A stretch of 64,000 nucleotides of DNA from a candidate division FCPU426 bacterium (GTDB lineage Bacteria > Oederibacteriota > Muellerivitia > Muellerivitales > Muellerivitaceae): contig CAWHOE010000006.1 in assembly GCA_963830915.1 (NCBI GenBank), positions 224,001-288,000 of the forward strand, given 5' to 3'. The notes beneath the pieces were generated by a model. The model was not told the DNA's origin. It saw only the letters and a program-made list of their open reading frames with translations, and ran no database searches. This document shows, one piece after another, positions 28,604 through 37,951 of the stretch. Each line of letters begins with the position of its first letter. Position 1 is the first letter of the stretch. The position numbers and the translations under genes were made by a program.

Positions 28604-30094
28604 TTATTTCGTCACCCTGGCGAAATCAATGAAACCCTTTTCCACATTCACCGTAATTAGCTTCACGCGAACCCGATCTCCCACATCCAGGCCATGCCCG
28701 CCTTGGGCCAGATAACCCTCCACCGGCGGCTGAAGGACACGCACCCAGGTTCCCTTTTCAGAGGCTCCGGTGATGATGGCGTCGAAGAATTGGCCGATGC
28801 GGGATGAAAGGAAGGCCGCGCTGGCTGATTTACGCATCTGCCTTTCCACCTTTTCCGACGCGTTCTCCTGACCGGTACAATGCTTGGCGAGCATGGATAG
28901 TTCGTCCAGGCTGTAGGCGGGCGATTGGTTCTCCAGGGCCGTTTTCAATAACCTCATGGTCATCAAGTCCGGATAACGGCGGTTAGGCGCGGTGGAATGA
29001 TTGTAGTCCTTGACCGCCAGGCCGAAATGTCCGGTAGGTTCCTGACCAGGAACATCCAAAACATACTCGCCTCGACCCATGAGTTTTACGATGGTCAGGG
29101 ACAGGTCAGGGAAATGGACCGGGTCCTTGGCTTTCTGACCGGTCAGGAACGCTCCTAGAGCCTTGGAATCCGGTTCTTCCGGCAATTTTGTCCCCAGACT
29201 TTTGGCGACTTCCACGATACGAGGCCATCGCTCGGGCGTTTTGACCACCCTTCTAATGGTGGGGAAACCCTTGCCGGTCAAGAACCTCGCGGTCACTCCG
29301 TTTGCGGCCACCATGAGGTCTTCGATCAACTCCCCCGCCCTGTTCTGGATCTCCGGTTTCAAGTCCACGACCACCCCGTCCTGGGTAACTGCCCTCGTCT
29401 GCAAAGACTGGAAATCGAGCGCCCCATGGTCATATCGGCGTTTTCGCATCCTTTGAGCCGCCTCGTCCTGGGTCTTGAGCTGTTCATCCATCCCCTTCAC
29501 CCTGGCCGCCGCCGCGGGAAGAGGTCCTTTGTTATCGAGCCAGGCGGCCACCCCGTTATAAGTGAGCTTGGCTTTATTTTTCACCCTAGCCCGGTAAACC
29601 GAGGTATCCCCCACTTTCCCATCCTGGTCCACGATCATCTCGATGATCACCGCCCCCCTTTCCTCGTTCTCCGAAAGGGAGGTCAGGTCGGTGGAAAGCC
29701 TCTCGGGAAGCATGGGGAATGTTTTGACGCCTGTGTAAACTGAGGTCGTGTTCTTTTGGGCGTGCGTATCGATCGCGGTCCGGTTTTTGACCAGGGCGTC
29801 CACGTCCGCCACCCCCACATAGAGTCGGGTTTTACCGCCATCCAAACGCTCGGAAGCGGAGATCTGGTCCAGGTCCCGGGAATCATCGTTGTCGATGGAA
29901 CACCAAAGCAAACCCGTCAGATCCTTGAGTTGGTCCAATTCGGTCCGCGCCAATGGTTGGATGCCTTCCAGCTGTTTAAGAACTTCTGGCGGAAAGTTAG
30001 GTTCCAAACCATTGGCCACCATGGCCTCATCGGCGATCTGAGCGAGCGTTTTTTTGTTCTGAGGATGGGAGTCCATAGGGTTCCTTTGGATCAT
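28604..30094 (-). CDS. RNB-domain ribonuclease (RNase II/R family) with a C-terminal S1 domain
   Basis: SIDNDDSRDLDQ, VADV, TSVY, LIEDLMVAAN, HFGLA..Y.HSTAPNRRYPDL. Confidence 0.94.
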   Translation of the reverse strand: MIQRNPMDSHPQNKKTLAQIADEAMVANGLEPNFPPEVLKQLEGIQPLARTELDQLKDLTGLLWCSIDNDDSRDLDQISASERLDGGKTRLYVGVADVDALVKNRTAIDTHAQKNTTSVYTGVKTFPMLPERLSTDLTSLSENEERGAVIIEMIVDQDGKVGDTSVYRARVKNKAKLTYNGVAAWLDNKGPLPAAAARVKGMDEQLKTQDEAAQRMRKRRYDHGALDFQSLQTRAVTQDGVVVDLKPEIQNRAGELIEDLMVAANGVTARFLTGKGFPTIRRVVKTPERWPRIVEVAKSLGTKLPEEPDSKALGAFLTGQKAKDPVHFPDLSLTIVKLMGRGEYVLDVPGQEPTGHFGLAVKDYNHSTAPNRRYPDLMTMRLLKTALENQSPAYSLDELSMLAKHCTGQENASEKVERQMRKSASAAFLSSRIGQFFDAIITGASEKGTWVRVLQPPVEGYLAQGGHGLDVGDRVRVKLITVNVEKGFIDFARVTK

Positions 30095-30167
30095 TCAAGC
30101 GTCGGGATATCCATCAGGATAACGTGAAGCGGCTTGAACGAATAGTCATAAAGGCTTGGCCGCGCAA

Positions 30168-30199
30168 TAAAAAAGGGCCGGGAGATGAACCCGGCCCTT
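30168..30199 (-). terminator. Rho-independent terminator after the DUF4139 gene
   Basis: AAGGGCCGGG/CCCGGCCCTT stem plus T run on the minus strand. Confidence 0.85.
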
Positions 30200-30212
30200 G
30201 TCATGACCTCTT

Positions 30213-31922
30213 TTATTCCAATCCGCTGACCTGGCTCCCCTCAGGGAACTTGACTTTATAGGAAAAGTCGACCTTTCCCTTTTGCTTCGGGGCCAGTTCC
30301 AACTGCCAGCGCAGGAGTCCCGGTTTGGCCGGATCTTCCGCCATCGCCTTCGGCTTCATGTCGCCCGCCGTCACCTCGATAGTTTGCTGGCGGGACCTGG
30401 GAAGCTGTTCCCGCACCTCTACTTTGACCGTTGACTCATGATAGTTCGACACTGTGGTCATCCAACGGTAGCGGCGTTCTCCCTTGTGGAAGTCGAAGAA
30501 ACCGCCGGTCCCTGTCTCGACCTTCATAGCTTTTCTTTCCACGCGAACCTGGTCATCTTGCCCGAACCCCAGGTCGAAGGATTCTCCGGGAGCCTTGGAT
30601 TCCAGGCTGGTCGTACCCACAAAATCCCCGTCTCGGAACAATTGAGCCTGTCCCGCAAGAAGGGCCTGCTCACCTTCGTAAGTGACCTTAGCTTCCAGGT
30701 AGGCGGCCTGGGATAACCTGGGCACCGCCGCCAGCTTGAGGTCGACCTTGCTTTGGTTCTCCGATATCCCGACCCGATGGTCGGACCCGTCCGAAGGAAC
30801 ATCCCTGGTAATCGGAATTTTGAAGGACATGGCATATTCGGAACGGACTGTTTCCGCGGTGACTACATCAGCCGGAGCTTGTTCCTCTTCCTTGTCATCA
30901 GCTGAACCGTCAACAGCTCCATTGGGCATTGGGGCAGCCGCCTGGTAATTCATAGAAAGGTTTGCCCCAAATGACATGGTTTTTTTGAACCGCGTTACCT
31001 CTGCCTGGAGAAAATCCACCCACCAGTTGGTTGGGTCGGGAACCTGGGTCCCCTCGGTTGGCCTGGCGGTGGATAAGGTCAGCAGTACATTATGCCAATC
31101 CTCCCCCGTCTTCTGACGAACCCCCGCGTTGAATACCATGTCCATTTTGGGTTGTATCCCCTCGGTAGTAAGCCTTAGGTCATAAAGCGGCACCCAGGAC
31201 GCGTCCGGGACCTGGTAAGTCAGGGTGTAATGGGCGGTCCCATCCACCGGCAATTCCAGATCGGCCTCAGCCGCTTGCTTATCCGTCGCTGAGGACCCTC
31301 CCTGGGCTAGATCCTCGTTCAACGCGTTGATCTTGTTGGCCAGGTCCCTCATGACCCTCTCATCCTTTCGGTTAGAGGCCAACAAACTGGCGATCCTGGT
31401 CCCCACCGCGCCTGCCGACTTGGTGAAATCCACGATGGTCCCTGGATGGGTGGTCGCGGTGACCGTGCTTTCCTTGCCCAGATTCTTCAATATCTCCATT
31501 TCGGACTTTCGAGCGTCGATCTTATCCGTCAGATCCATTTTCTGGTCCTGTAGGGCCTGGATACGGTCTTTCAAAAGCCTGGTCCTGGCCTCCACGACTT
31601 CGGGGGTGTATTCCTTCCTCAACGAGACCCCATAAAGCTTGGTACCTTTCGGCCCATCGACCGTCAATCGAAGGGAAGATTCGATCACTGAGGAGGGTAG
31701 GTCAGGAAAAACCACCTGATGGGTTCCCGCGGTAAGCTCCTGGGTTCCTTCCCGGGTCACCCTGGCCCCCGAGGGGAAAACCGTGACTTGTTTGGGAGTC
31801 GTGATGGCCGTTTCCCCGGCGAATACCAGGGGAGCCACCACCATCACGAACAAAAACAGCAATAACCAGGCCAATCCCTGGCCCTTATTAGCCCTGATTC
31901 CCTTCTTTGATACCGTAGCCAT
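30213..31922 (-). CDS. DUF4140/DUF4139 (MuiA-like) exported protein
   Basis: VTVFPSGARVTR, coiled coil, Y.V..ASW.PLYDLR, RQKTGEDW..V.LTLSTARP, LGFGQD; GGAGG RBS before ATG 31922. Confidence 0.9.
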   Translation of the reverse strand: MATVSKKGIRANKGQGLAWLLLFLFVMVVAPLVFAGETAITTPKQVTVFPSGARVTREGTQELTAGTHQVVFPDLPSSVIESSLRLTVDGPKGTKLYGVSLRKEYTPEVVEARTRLLKDRIQALQDQKMDLTDKIDARKSEMEILKNLGKESTVTATTHPGTIVDFTKSAGAVGTRIASLLASNRKDERVMRDLANKINALNEDLAQGGSSATDKQAAEADLELPVDGTAHYTLTYQVPDASWVPLYDLRLTTEGIQPKMDMVFNAGVRQKTGEDWHNVLLTLSTARPTEGTQVPDPTNWWVDFLQAEVTRFKKTMSFGANLSMNYQAAAPMPNGAVDGSADDKEEEQAPADVVTAETVRSEYAMSFKIPITRDVPSDGSDHRVGISENQSKVDLKLAAVPRLSQAAYLEAKVTYEGEQALLAGQAQLFRDGDFVGTTSLESKAPGESFDLGFGQDDQVRVERKAMKVETGTGGFFDFHKGERRYRWMTTVSNYHESTVKVEVREQLPRSRQQTIEVTAGDMKPKAMAEDPAKPGLLRWQLELAPKQKGKVDFSYKVKFPEGSQVSGLE

Positions 31923-31956
31923 AAAACACCTCCGCTTGGATTTCGACCTTCCCCTG

Positions 31957-31985
31957 TAAGACACAGGCCGGGCCAAAAGGTTCCC
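31957..31985 (-). promoter_or_regulatory. ECF sigma promoter of the DUF4139 gene
   Basis: GGAACC-N16-GTCTTA on the minus strand, near-identical to the promoter at 32235. Confidence 0.78.
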
Positions 31986-32012
31986 AAGTTTTTAAAAAAG
32001 AAAACCTATTCT

Positions 32013-32157
32013 CACCACCAAGGCACCAAGGGCACCAAGAACGGCAAAAGATGAATATTTGAAATTCTTTGTAAAACTTGTCTCTTTCAAGCCTTTCTTG
32101 TTGTCTTTGTGACTCGTGAACTTTACTGTCTTGGCCGAAGGACAATGGATGGTGGTT
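32013..32157. repeat. Degenerate inverted-repeat element with CACCAAG periodic arm
   Basis: Left arm CACCACCAAGGCACCAAGGGCACCAAGA; decayed right arm CTTTGTGACTCGTGAAC...GGTGGT interrupted by a small hairpin. Confidence 0.5.
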
Positions 32158-32234
32158 CAAATTGCCTTGGTTTTGTTAAACTGAGGTCATGTTCGCCCTA
32201 TCCCTTCCTTTTCCTTACGAATTCCCAGTTTTCG

Positions 32235-32262
32235 GGAACCTTTGGCCGCGGTCCGTGTCCAA
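32235..32262 (+). promoter_or_regulatory. ECF sigma autoregulatory promoter
   Basis: GGAACC-N16-GTCCAA ending 10 bp before ATG 32273. Confidence 0.78.
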
Positions 32263-32272
32263 TGTGATAGGG

Positions 32273-32890
32273 ATGGTTCGCGACTTTATTTCTATCCCGC
32301 TCCCCGACGATACCAACCGGGACGAAGACCGTCTTTTGATCAAGGCGGCCCTTTCCGGGGATGATGGTTTCGAGAAACTGGTGCGGACCTATGAACGAAT
32401 GGTCTTTCGGGTGGCCTTCCGATTCTTGAACAATGAGACGGACGCCTTGGATATTTCCCAGGAGGTATTCATCAGGGTTCACAACTCCCTTTCCCAATTT
32501 CGGGGAGACAGCGCCTTATCCACCTGGATCCACGCCATTACCGCCAACCTTTCCCGCAACGCGATCCGTTCCAGGAAAAACCGGGAGAAAGTCCAGGTAT
32601 TGGCTCCCAAAGAAAAGGATGAGAACGACCGCACTTTCTGGGAAAGGATGTCGGATAAAAAGGACGCCGGGGCGACACGTAAGACCGAGGGCAAGGATTT
32701 GAATGAGGCCATCCAACGGGCTTTGGAAGAACTCCCCATTGACTTCCGGGAAGCGGTCATCCTGAGGGACTTGGAAGCTTTGGACTACGAGGCGATCGCG
32801 AAATCGTTGAAGCTGGGTTTGGGAACGGTGAAATCCCGCATCGCTCGGGGCCGGGCCCTTTTAAGGGAAAAACTAAAGGATTGGTTATGA
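32273..32890 (+). CDS. ECF RNA polymerase sigma factor (RpoE/SigW-like)
   Basis: DALDISQEVF, FRGDSALSTWI (region 2); YEAIAKSLKLGLGTVKSRIARGR (region 4); start moved to 32273 because of the promoter position. Confidence 0.95.
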   Translation: MVRDFISIPLPDDTNRDEDRLLIKAALSGDDGFEKLVRTYERMVFRVAFRFLNNETDALDISQEVFIRVHNSLSQFRGDSALSTWIHAITANLSRNAIRSRKNREKVQVLAPKEKDENDRTFWERMSDKKDAGATRKTEGKDLNEAIQRALEELPIDFREAVILRDLEALDYEAIAKSLKLGLGTVKSRIARGRALLREKLKDWL

Positions 32891-34014
32891 TGGACTGTAA
32901 AAAAATCCATCCGCTTCTTTCCCTTTATAGGGAAGACCGATTGCCTGTCCGGTCCAAGACCCAGGTCGAGGCGCACCTGAAACTGTGCGCCGAGGCGCGG
33001 AAAACATTGGAACAATTCGGCAAATTGGATAAGGCATTGAAAGACCTGCCCGATCCTAAAATTCCGAACGACTTGCACGAGAGGATCATGGGCCGGTTAA
33101 GGGAAGAAAAAACAGTCCTTCGGCCGAAAGTCTCTTGGTTGAAACCTGCCTGGAGTTTGGCGGTCGCCGCGGCCCTCACCTTCTTTTTCATCTTCCAATG
33201 GGTCGACCGGGAAAATCCCTGGAAAGGGCCTACTCTTAATAACACTCAAGATAAAGTCTCGGCTTTGAAACAAGCCGCTTCGCTTAAGCCCATGAATAAA
33301 CCCGTCCCAGCTCCGGCCAGGGTATCTGGTGGTGTCGCTTACAAAGCAAAAGAAGAAGAAAAAGACACTGCTCATTACACTCAATCTTTAGCCAACGAGA
33401 GTTCTAACGGCTCGGATTTGAAAACCGCATTAGGCCCCAGTACAAACGCCGAAACATCCGTTCAGGAAAACGCCAAAAATTTTGCGGTTAGCGATTTACA
33501 AGTAAAACGTAAAAAAATGGCCTCCACACGGTCCGTGGAGTCGGAAAAGGCCCCGAGTTCCAATTTGTCATTTCAGGATGGCTCGACGGAAAAACCAATG
33601 GCGTTCGGCGCCGCCGCTCCCGCCATGCCGATGGCCGAGATGCAGCCAGCCGCAACGCTCCCCCCCAGGATCTATCAGGGAGACAACGCCCCCGCCACCG
33701 TTGAAAGCGCTCAATTGATCACTGACCTGGGTTCATTCACGAAGATCTGGCAGTTCCTTAAGCCTTCCCAAGCATTACCGATAGTTGATTTCGCCAATGA
33801 ATCGGTGGTTTTCTTGGAAGCTGGGGAGAAACCGACGGGCGGATATTCGATAAACATCTCGGGGTTGGTAGATCAAACGGACCTGCTGGTCATTCATTAC
33901 CTGGTAAGTGTTCCGCCGACAGGCGCCGTTGTAACCCAGACCCTTACCCATCCTTGGTCCTTACAGATCATTTCCACGCCGAATAAACCGGTGACTTTCC
34001 TGAAAGATCCGTGA
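32887..34014 (+). CDS. Anti-sigma factor: degenerate zf-HC2, TM helix, disordered linker, C-terminal PrcB-like domain
   Basis: ATGA overlap with sigma; MDC...HLKLCAEA; TM AWSLAVAAALTFFFIF; VDF...GEKPTGGYSI.I...VTQTLTHPW. Confidence 0.82.
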   Translation: MMDCKKIHPLLSLYREDRLPVRSKTQVEAHLKLCAEARKTLEQFGKLDKALKDLPDPKIPNDLHERIMGRLREEKTVLRPKVSWLKPAWSLAVAAALTFFFIFQWVDRENPWKGPTLNNTQDKVSALKQAASLKPMNKPVPAPARVSGGVAYKAKEEEKDTAHYTQSLANESSNGSDLKTALGPSTNAETSVQENAKNFAVSDLQVKRKKMASTRSVESEKAPSSNLSFQDGSTEKPMAFGAAAPAMPMAEMQPAATLPPRIYQGDNAPATVESAQLITDLGSFTKIWQFLKPSQALPIVDFANESVVFLEAGEKPTGGYSINISGLVDQTDLLVIHYLVSVPPTGAVVTQTLTHPWSLQIISTPNKPVTFLKDP

Positions 34015-34022
34015 GATGTGGT

Positions 34023-34451
34023 TTATTGCTTTTCGGCTAGTTGTTGGGTTTGTTTGACTTTGTGGGTCTTGGTATCGATCGTGAAGTTGAAATCCCCGGC
34101 GGTGAGGAACAAAATTCCCTTTTTCAGTTTGAGGGACGTGATGAATAGGTCCGGAGGGTCCTTCTTGGCGTCTGGGTCTTTTGGTTTGAGTTTGTAAACC
34201 CGAACCTTCCAAAGCATCAGGTTCTTCTTGGTATCCCAAGCCTGGACATATCCCCCGCTCAGGTCCTTGCCCGTATCGACCGGGACATAATCCGGCACAT
34301 AACAAATTCCATGGTCGACGATGGATTCGACTTTAGGGCGGTGCGGACTTTTCGCGAGAACTGTCTGGGACACTAGAAAAATAGATACCGCTAAAAATAA
34401 AGTGCCTGGAAAAAATACCCCTTTGATAAGACCCTCCCTCATTGGGTTCAC
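34023..34451 (-). CDS. Exported hypothetical protein
   Basis: Signal-peptide-like N-terminus (VLA|K), GYVQAWD...LWKVRVY beta-rich segment. Confidence 0.6.
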   Translation of the reverse strand: MNPMREGLIKGVFFPGTLFLAVSIFLVSQTVLAKSPHRPKVESIVDHGICYVPDYVPVDTGKDLSGGYVQAWDTKKNLMLWKVRVYKLKPKDPDAKKDPPDLFITSLKLKKGILFLTAGDFNFTIDTKTHKVKQTQQLAEKQ

Positions 34452-34573
34452 CCAAATTCGGTTCGTTTAGATTTTAACCTTTAGGGACTTTTATCGCATT
34501 TCATTTCGACATGTTCACCGGCTTCTTGGGGAAAAGGCTTTCCTTCCCGATTACAACCAGGCAAAGCCAAGCT

Positions 34574-35188
34574 TTAAGAGCATATCTTGGAAAGGCTGGG
34601 CAAAATATTGTGGGCGTTCAACTCCCGGACCTTCGCGCCCTTGGCCTCCCACTGAGCCAATCGTTTCTGGTGCTCCTGGATGATGGGGCGGACCGAACTT
34701 TCGGCGAAAACCGCGTTCAGATGCAACGACATCTGCCCCTCGGTAGGCCGATTGGCGCCCGTCAAGAGCCTGGCCGCCCCGTCCTGGGCGCAGGCGGTCA
34801 CGATGAAAGAATCCCCGCTGAAGGAATAGATCTCCAGATTGCTGATGACGACCTTTCCCCCTTCCTTGCCTTCCACCCAATTAACCCATAAGAGGGCTGT
34901 CCTCATGTCGGGAGAAAGGAAAACACGGGCCCAGAAAAAATTCAACGCGGCGTAGGAGTAGTCTCCTATCAGCCTATAGCCTTCCACCTTCAGCTTTTCG
35001 GTGAGTTCCGCCTGCCACTTGGGGGTCAAGGCCTCCACCATCCCAGCCGGGGAGGGGGCCAGGACCACAGAGTATTGGGGAAGATTTTCCGCAGGCTCCG
35101 ACCGAGCCCGGAACTTGCGCCCGGATAAAAAAAGAAAGGCCCCGATGGCGGTCATCAGGGCCAGAATAACGGATCCACCGATCCCCAT
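34574..35188 (-). CDS. Membrane-anchored hypothetical protein
   Basis: N-terminal TM helix; AAGGG RBS; directly downstream of lemA. Confidence 0.7.
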   Translation of the reverse strand: MGIGGSVILALMTAIGAFLFLSGRKFRARSEPAENLPQYSVVLAPSPAGMVEALTPKWQAELTEKLKVEGYRLIGDYSYAALNFFWARVFLSPDMRTALLWVNWVEGKEGGKVVISNLEIYSFSGDSFIVTACAQDGAARLLTGANRPTEGQMSLHLNAVFAESSVRPIIQEHQKRLAQWEAKGAKVRELNAHNILPSLSKICS

Positions 35189-35214
35189 TTAATTCCCTTT
35201 AAAAAACCGGAAGA

Positions 35215-35778
35215 TCAAAACTCGACTTTGGGCGGCTCTTGAGCGGCTTCCTTGGCCTTGAAGTAGGCGTCCTTCACCTTGAAATTGAAGATGGACGCCA
35301 TCAAGTTGGAGGGGAAGCTCTGCACTTTCAGATTATAGTTCTGGACCGCCTCGTTATAGCGCATCCGTTCCACGGCGATGCGGTTCTCGGTCCCGGCCAA
35401 CTCATCCTGCAGTTTCAGGAATCCCTCATTGGCTTTCAGGTCCGGATACTTCTCCACCACGACCATCAGTCGGCCCAAGGCGCCTTCCAGGTCATTGGAG
35501 ACTTTCACCTTGTCCGGGGTGCTCTTCGCCTCGCCCCACTGGCTCCTGAGCCGGGTGACTTCTTCAAGAACTCCCGCCTCATGCTTGGCGTAACCCTTGA
35601 CCGTGGCGACCAGATTGGGGATGAGGTCATACCGTCTTTGAAGGACGTTCTCCACCTGGGCCCATTGGGCGTCCACGCCCACGTTGGCCGAGACTAGACC
35701 ATTGTAAGAACCGACGAGCATCAAGAAAAAGATAACGACGAATCCCAGCAAACCCCACAGCCAGACTTTGGACGACAT
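35215..35778 (-). CDS. lemA: LemA family protein
   Basis: YNGLV...WAQVENVLQRRYDLIPNLVATVKGYA.HE, YPDLKANE.F..LQDELAGTENRIAVER.RYNEAV..YN...FPSNL. Confidence 0.96.
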   Translation of the reverse strand: MSSKVWLWGLLGFVVIFFLMLVGSYNGLVSANVGVDAQWAQVENVLQRRYDLIPNLVATVKGYAKHEAGVLEEVTRLRSQWGEAKSTPDKVKVSNDLEGALGRLMVVVEKYPDLKANEGFLKLQDELAGTENRIAVERMRYNEAVQNYNLKVQSFPSNLMASIFNFKVKDAYFKAKEAAQEPPKVEF

Positions 35779-35802
35779 GAAGTTCTCCTTTCGATCCTTT
35801 AT

Positions 35803-36390
35803 TTATTGGTTCCCGAACAGACCCATGATCTGCGTTTGGGCCAGGATATGGCCCTTCATGGCCTTCATCAGCTCCGACTTGGTGAAACCCGCGCTGACCG
35901 GCAAAACTGAATCCACGGCGTATAGCTCGAAATAGTATCGATGGGGTAATCCCTTCGGGGGACAAGGCCCATCGTAGCCGATCTTTTTGAAATCATTGGA
36001 CCCTTGCATGATCCCATTGCTTTGCACATCATCCTTGGGCATCCCTTCGGTCAATTCGTAGGTCGGCTTAGTGATGTCCTTGGTGATGGGGATGTTATAG
36101 ATGACCCAATGCACCCAGGTTTGGGTCGGCGCGTCCGGGTCCTCGCAGATCAGGGCGAAGGTCTTGGTCTTCAAGGGGGCGCCTTTCCAATGGATCTCCG
36201 GGGAGATATTGGCCCCTTGGCAGGTGTATTTATCCGACATCATATGGCCGTCGGCGAAAGAAGTTGTGCCCATTTGAAAGGCCGGTTTTTTCTTTTCCGA
36301 TTTCGTCGCCTTCGCCGGTTGGGCCTGCCCTCCCGCAGCCAGAAGCGTGACCGCCAAGAATATCGCCCAGCCGAAAGATACCTTGCGCAT
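35803..36390 (-). CDS. YbhB/YbcL family (PEBP) protein, exported
   Basis: Signal peptide; DPDAP, WVHWV, GYDGPCPP, HRYYF. Confidence 0.93.
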   Translation of the reverse strand: MRKVSFGWAIFLAVTLLAAGGQAQPAKATKSEKKKPAFQMGTTSFADGHMMSDKYTCQGANISPEIHWKGAPLKTKTFALICEDPDAPTQTWVHWVIYNIPITKDITKPTYELTEGMPKDDVQSNGIMQGSNDFKKIGYDGPCPPKGLPHRYYFELYAVDSVLPVSAGFTKSELMKAMKGHILAQTQIMGLFGNQ

Positions 36391-36413
36391 GATAAAACCT
36401 CCCTGGATATGGT

Positions 36414-37115
36414 TCACTGATTGATCCTCTCGATGAGCGCCTCGATCGCGTCCAGGTACTCCTCAAAAACCTGGATGGCGTCCATCCCCTTGGTCTTGCC
36501 TCCCCTTTTGACTCGGTCGACCTTCTCGAAAGCTTCCGTCTCAAAGTCGAACCGCTCCCTTAATTTCATAAGGGCTTCCATCTTTTTCAAGGGCGGTTTT
36601 TCATTGAAAATCCAAAGGGAATTCTTGAATAGCACCAGGAAAGTGGAAAGGGACTCCACCATCAATTTCCAAAGCTTGTCCGATTTACCCTCGGTCAGGA
36701 TATAACGGGTCTTCAACTGAAGGAGTTTGCCTTGGAGTTCGTGTTCCAGTTCCACCCGAAGATGGTCAGTGGAAACCGTCAAAGCTTGGAGAGGATCCTC
36801 CCCCAATAGCACCTGATGGTTGCTTTGCATATCCAGGATCTCGATCGGGAACACATCCACGAATTCCGATAAATGCTCCTTCGTGAGGAGCAGGGGCGGT
36901 GGATTCCCTTGTCTCGCCCATGGCACCACCGCCTTGGACAGAAGATGCAGGTCCTCCCTTTTCAGTGGATGGGTCACTACCAGTAAGTTCACATCCGACC
37001 GCTCCCCCGTGTGATCGCCCGCCGCTGAAGAACCATAAAGGACCACCGAAACCAGTTTGGACCCCAAAAGGGTCTTGAGTTCATCCGTCATTTTGTCATT
37101 CGTCCAACGAGCCAT
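36414..37115 (-). CDS. Pol-beta-type nucleotidyltransferase-domain protein
   Basis: VVLYGSSAAGD...SDVNLLVV, DVFPIEILDM, helical C-terminal domain; GAGGAG RBS before ATG 37115. Confidence 0.85.
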   Translation of the reverse strand: MARWTNDKMTDELKTLLGSKLVSVVLYGSSAAGDHTGERSDVNLLVVTHPLKREDLHLLSKAVVPWARQGNPPPLLLTKEHLSEFVDVFPIEILDMQSNHQVLLGEDPLQALTVSTDHLRVELEHELQGKLLQLKTRYILTEGKSDKLWKLMVESLSTFLVLFKNSLWIFNEKPPLKKMEALMKLRERFDFETEAFEKVDRVKRGGKTKGMDAIQVFEEYLDAIEALIERINQ

Positions 37116-37146
37116 AACCACTCCTCAGAACCGGATATTTCACCGA

Positions 37147-37836
37147 CTACCAGCTTCCGCTGGCCCCGCCGCCGCCCGACATCCCGCCGCCAAAACCGCC
37201 GAAACCCCCTCCGCCGCCGCTGAAACCGCCGCCTCCCCAGCCACCCCCATAAAAACCACCCCAATATCCCCCTCGTCCCCTGCGGGACATCATTGAGAGA
37301 ATGGAGAAGATAACGACAAAAAGGAATAGGGTTGTCCAGAAACCCAGGGGTCTGCCTTCAGAGGCTTGGGCGTAACCGGCCTGGCCCGTCAAAGTGACCC
37401 CGACGCTTTGGGCGATCAACCGGGCAACATCGTAAGCTCCGTTCACGAACCCCTGCCCATAATCACCCTGTTTGAAAAAGGGCGTCATGTCATCTCGGAT
37501 GATCTCCCCCGCCAGGCCATCGGTGATCACCGACTCCATTCCGTACCCTACCTCGATCCGGACCCCATGATGTCCCTGCCCTACCGCGGCCAGGATCAAG
37601 ACCCCGTCGTTCTTATCCTTATGTCCGATGCCCCATTGTTTGAAAAGATCGACCGCCGCGGCGTCGATGTCGTCCCCCTCGACCGAGTCCACTGTGACAA
37701 CCGATACCTGGGAACCGGTCTTTTGTTCCAATTCGGTCAATAGGGATACGATGGCTTGGGATTTATCGGAAGCGATGACCTGTGCGAAATCATTCACGTA
37801 ACCCGTGGGGGAGGGCCATTTCTGAGCGGCCGCCAA
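37147..37836 (-). CDS. TPM-domain (YgcG-like) membrane protein with a Gly-rich tail; true start probably further upstream
   Basis: GYVNDFA, WGIG.K...GVLIL, RIEVGYG.E..ITD, GGGFGGFGGGMSGGGGASGSW; an in-frame signal peptide lies upstream of 37836. Confidence 0.92.
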   Translation of the reverse strand: MAAAQKWPSPTGYVNDFAQVIASDKSQAIVSLLTELEQKTGSQVSVVTVDSVEGDDIDAAAVDLFKQWGIGHKDKNDGVLILAAVGQGHHGVRIEVGYGMESVITDGLAGEIIRDDMTPFFKQGDYGQGFVNGAYDVARLIAQSVGVTLTGQAGYAQASEGRPLGFWTTLFLFVVIFSILSMMSRRGRGGYWGGFYGGGWGGGGFSGGGGGFGGFGGGMSGGGGASGSW

Positions 37837-37951
37837 AGGGGAAACGGCGCACAGGACTAGAACGAGGGCCGGGTAATATTTTTTAACGAAGGAAAGTGGG
37901 GATAGGATGATGACGCTCTCTTTCGACTGTTCTGACCGGACGGATGTCGAT

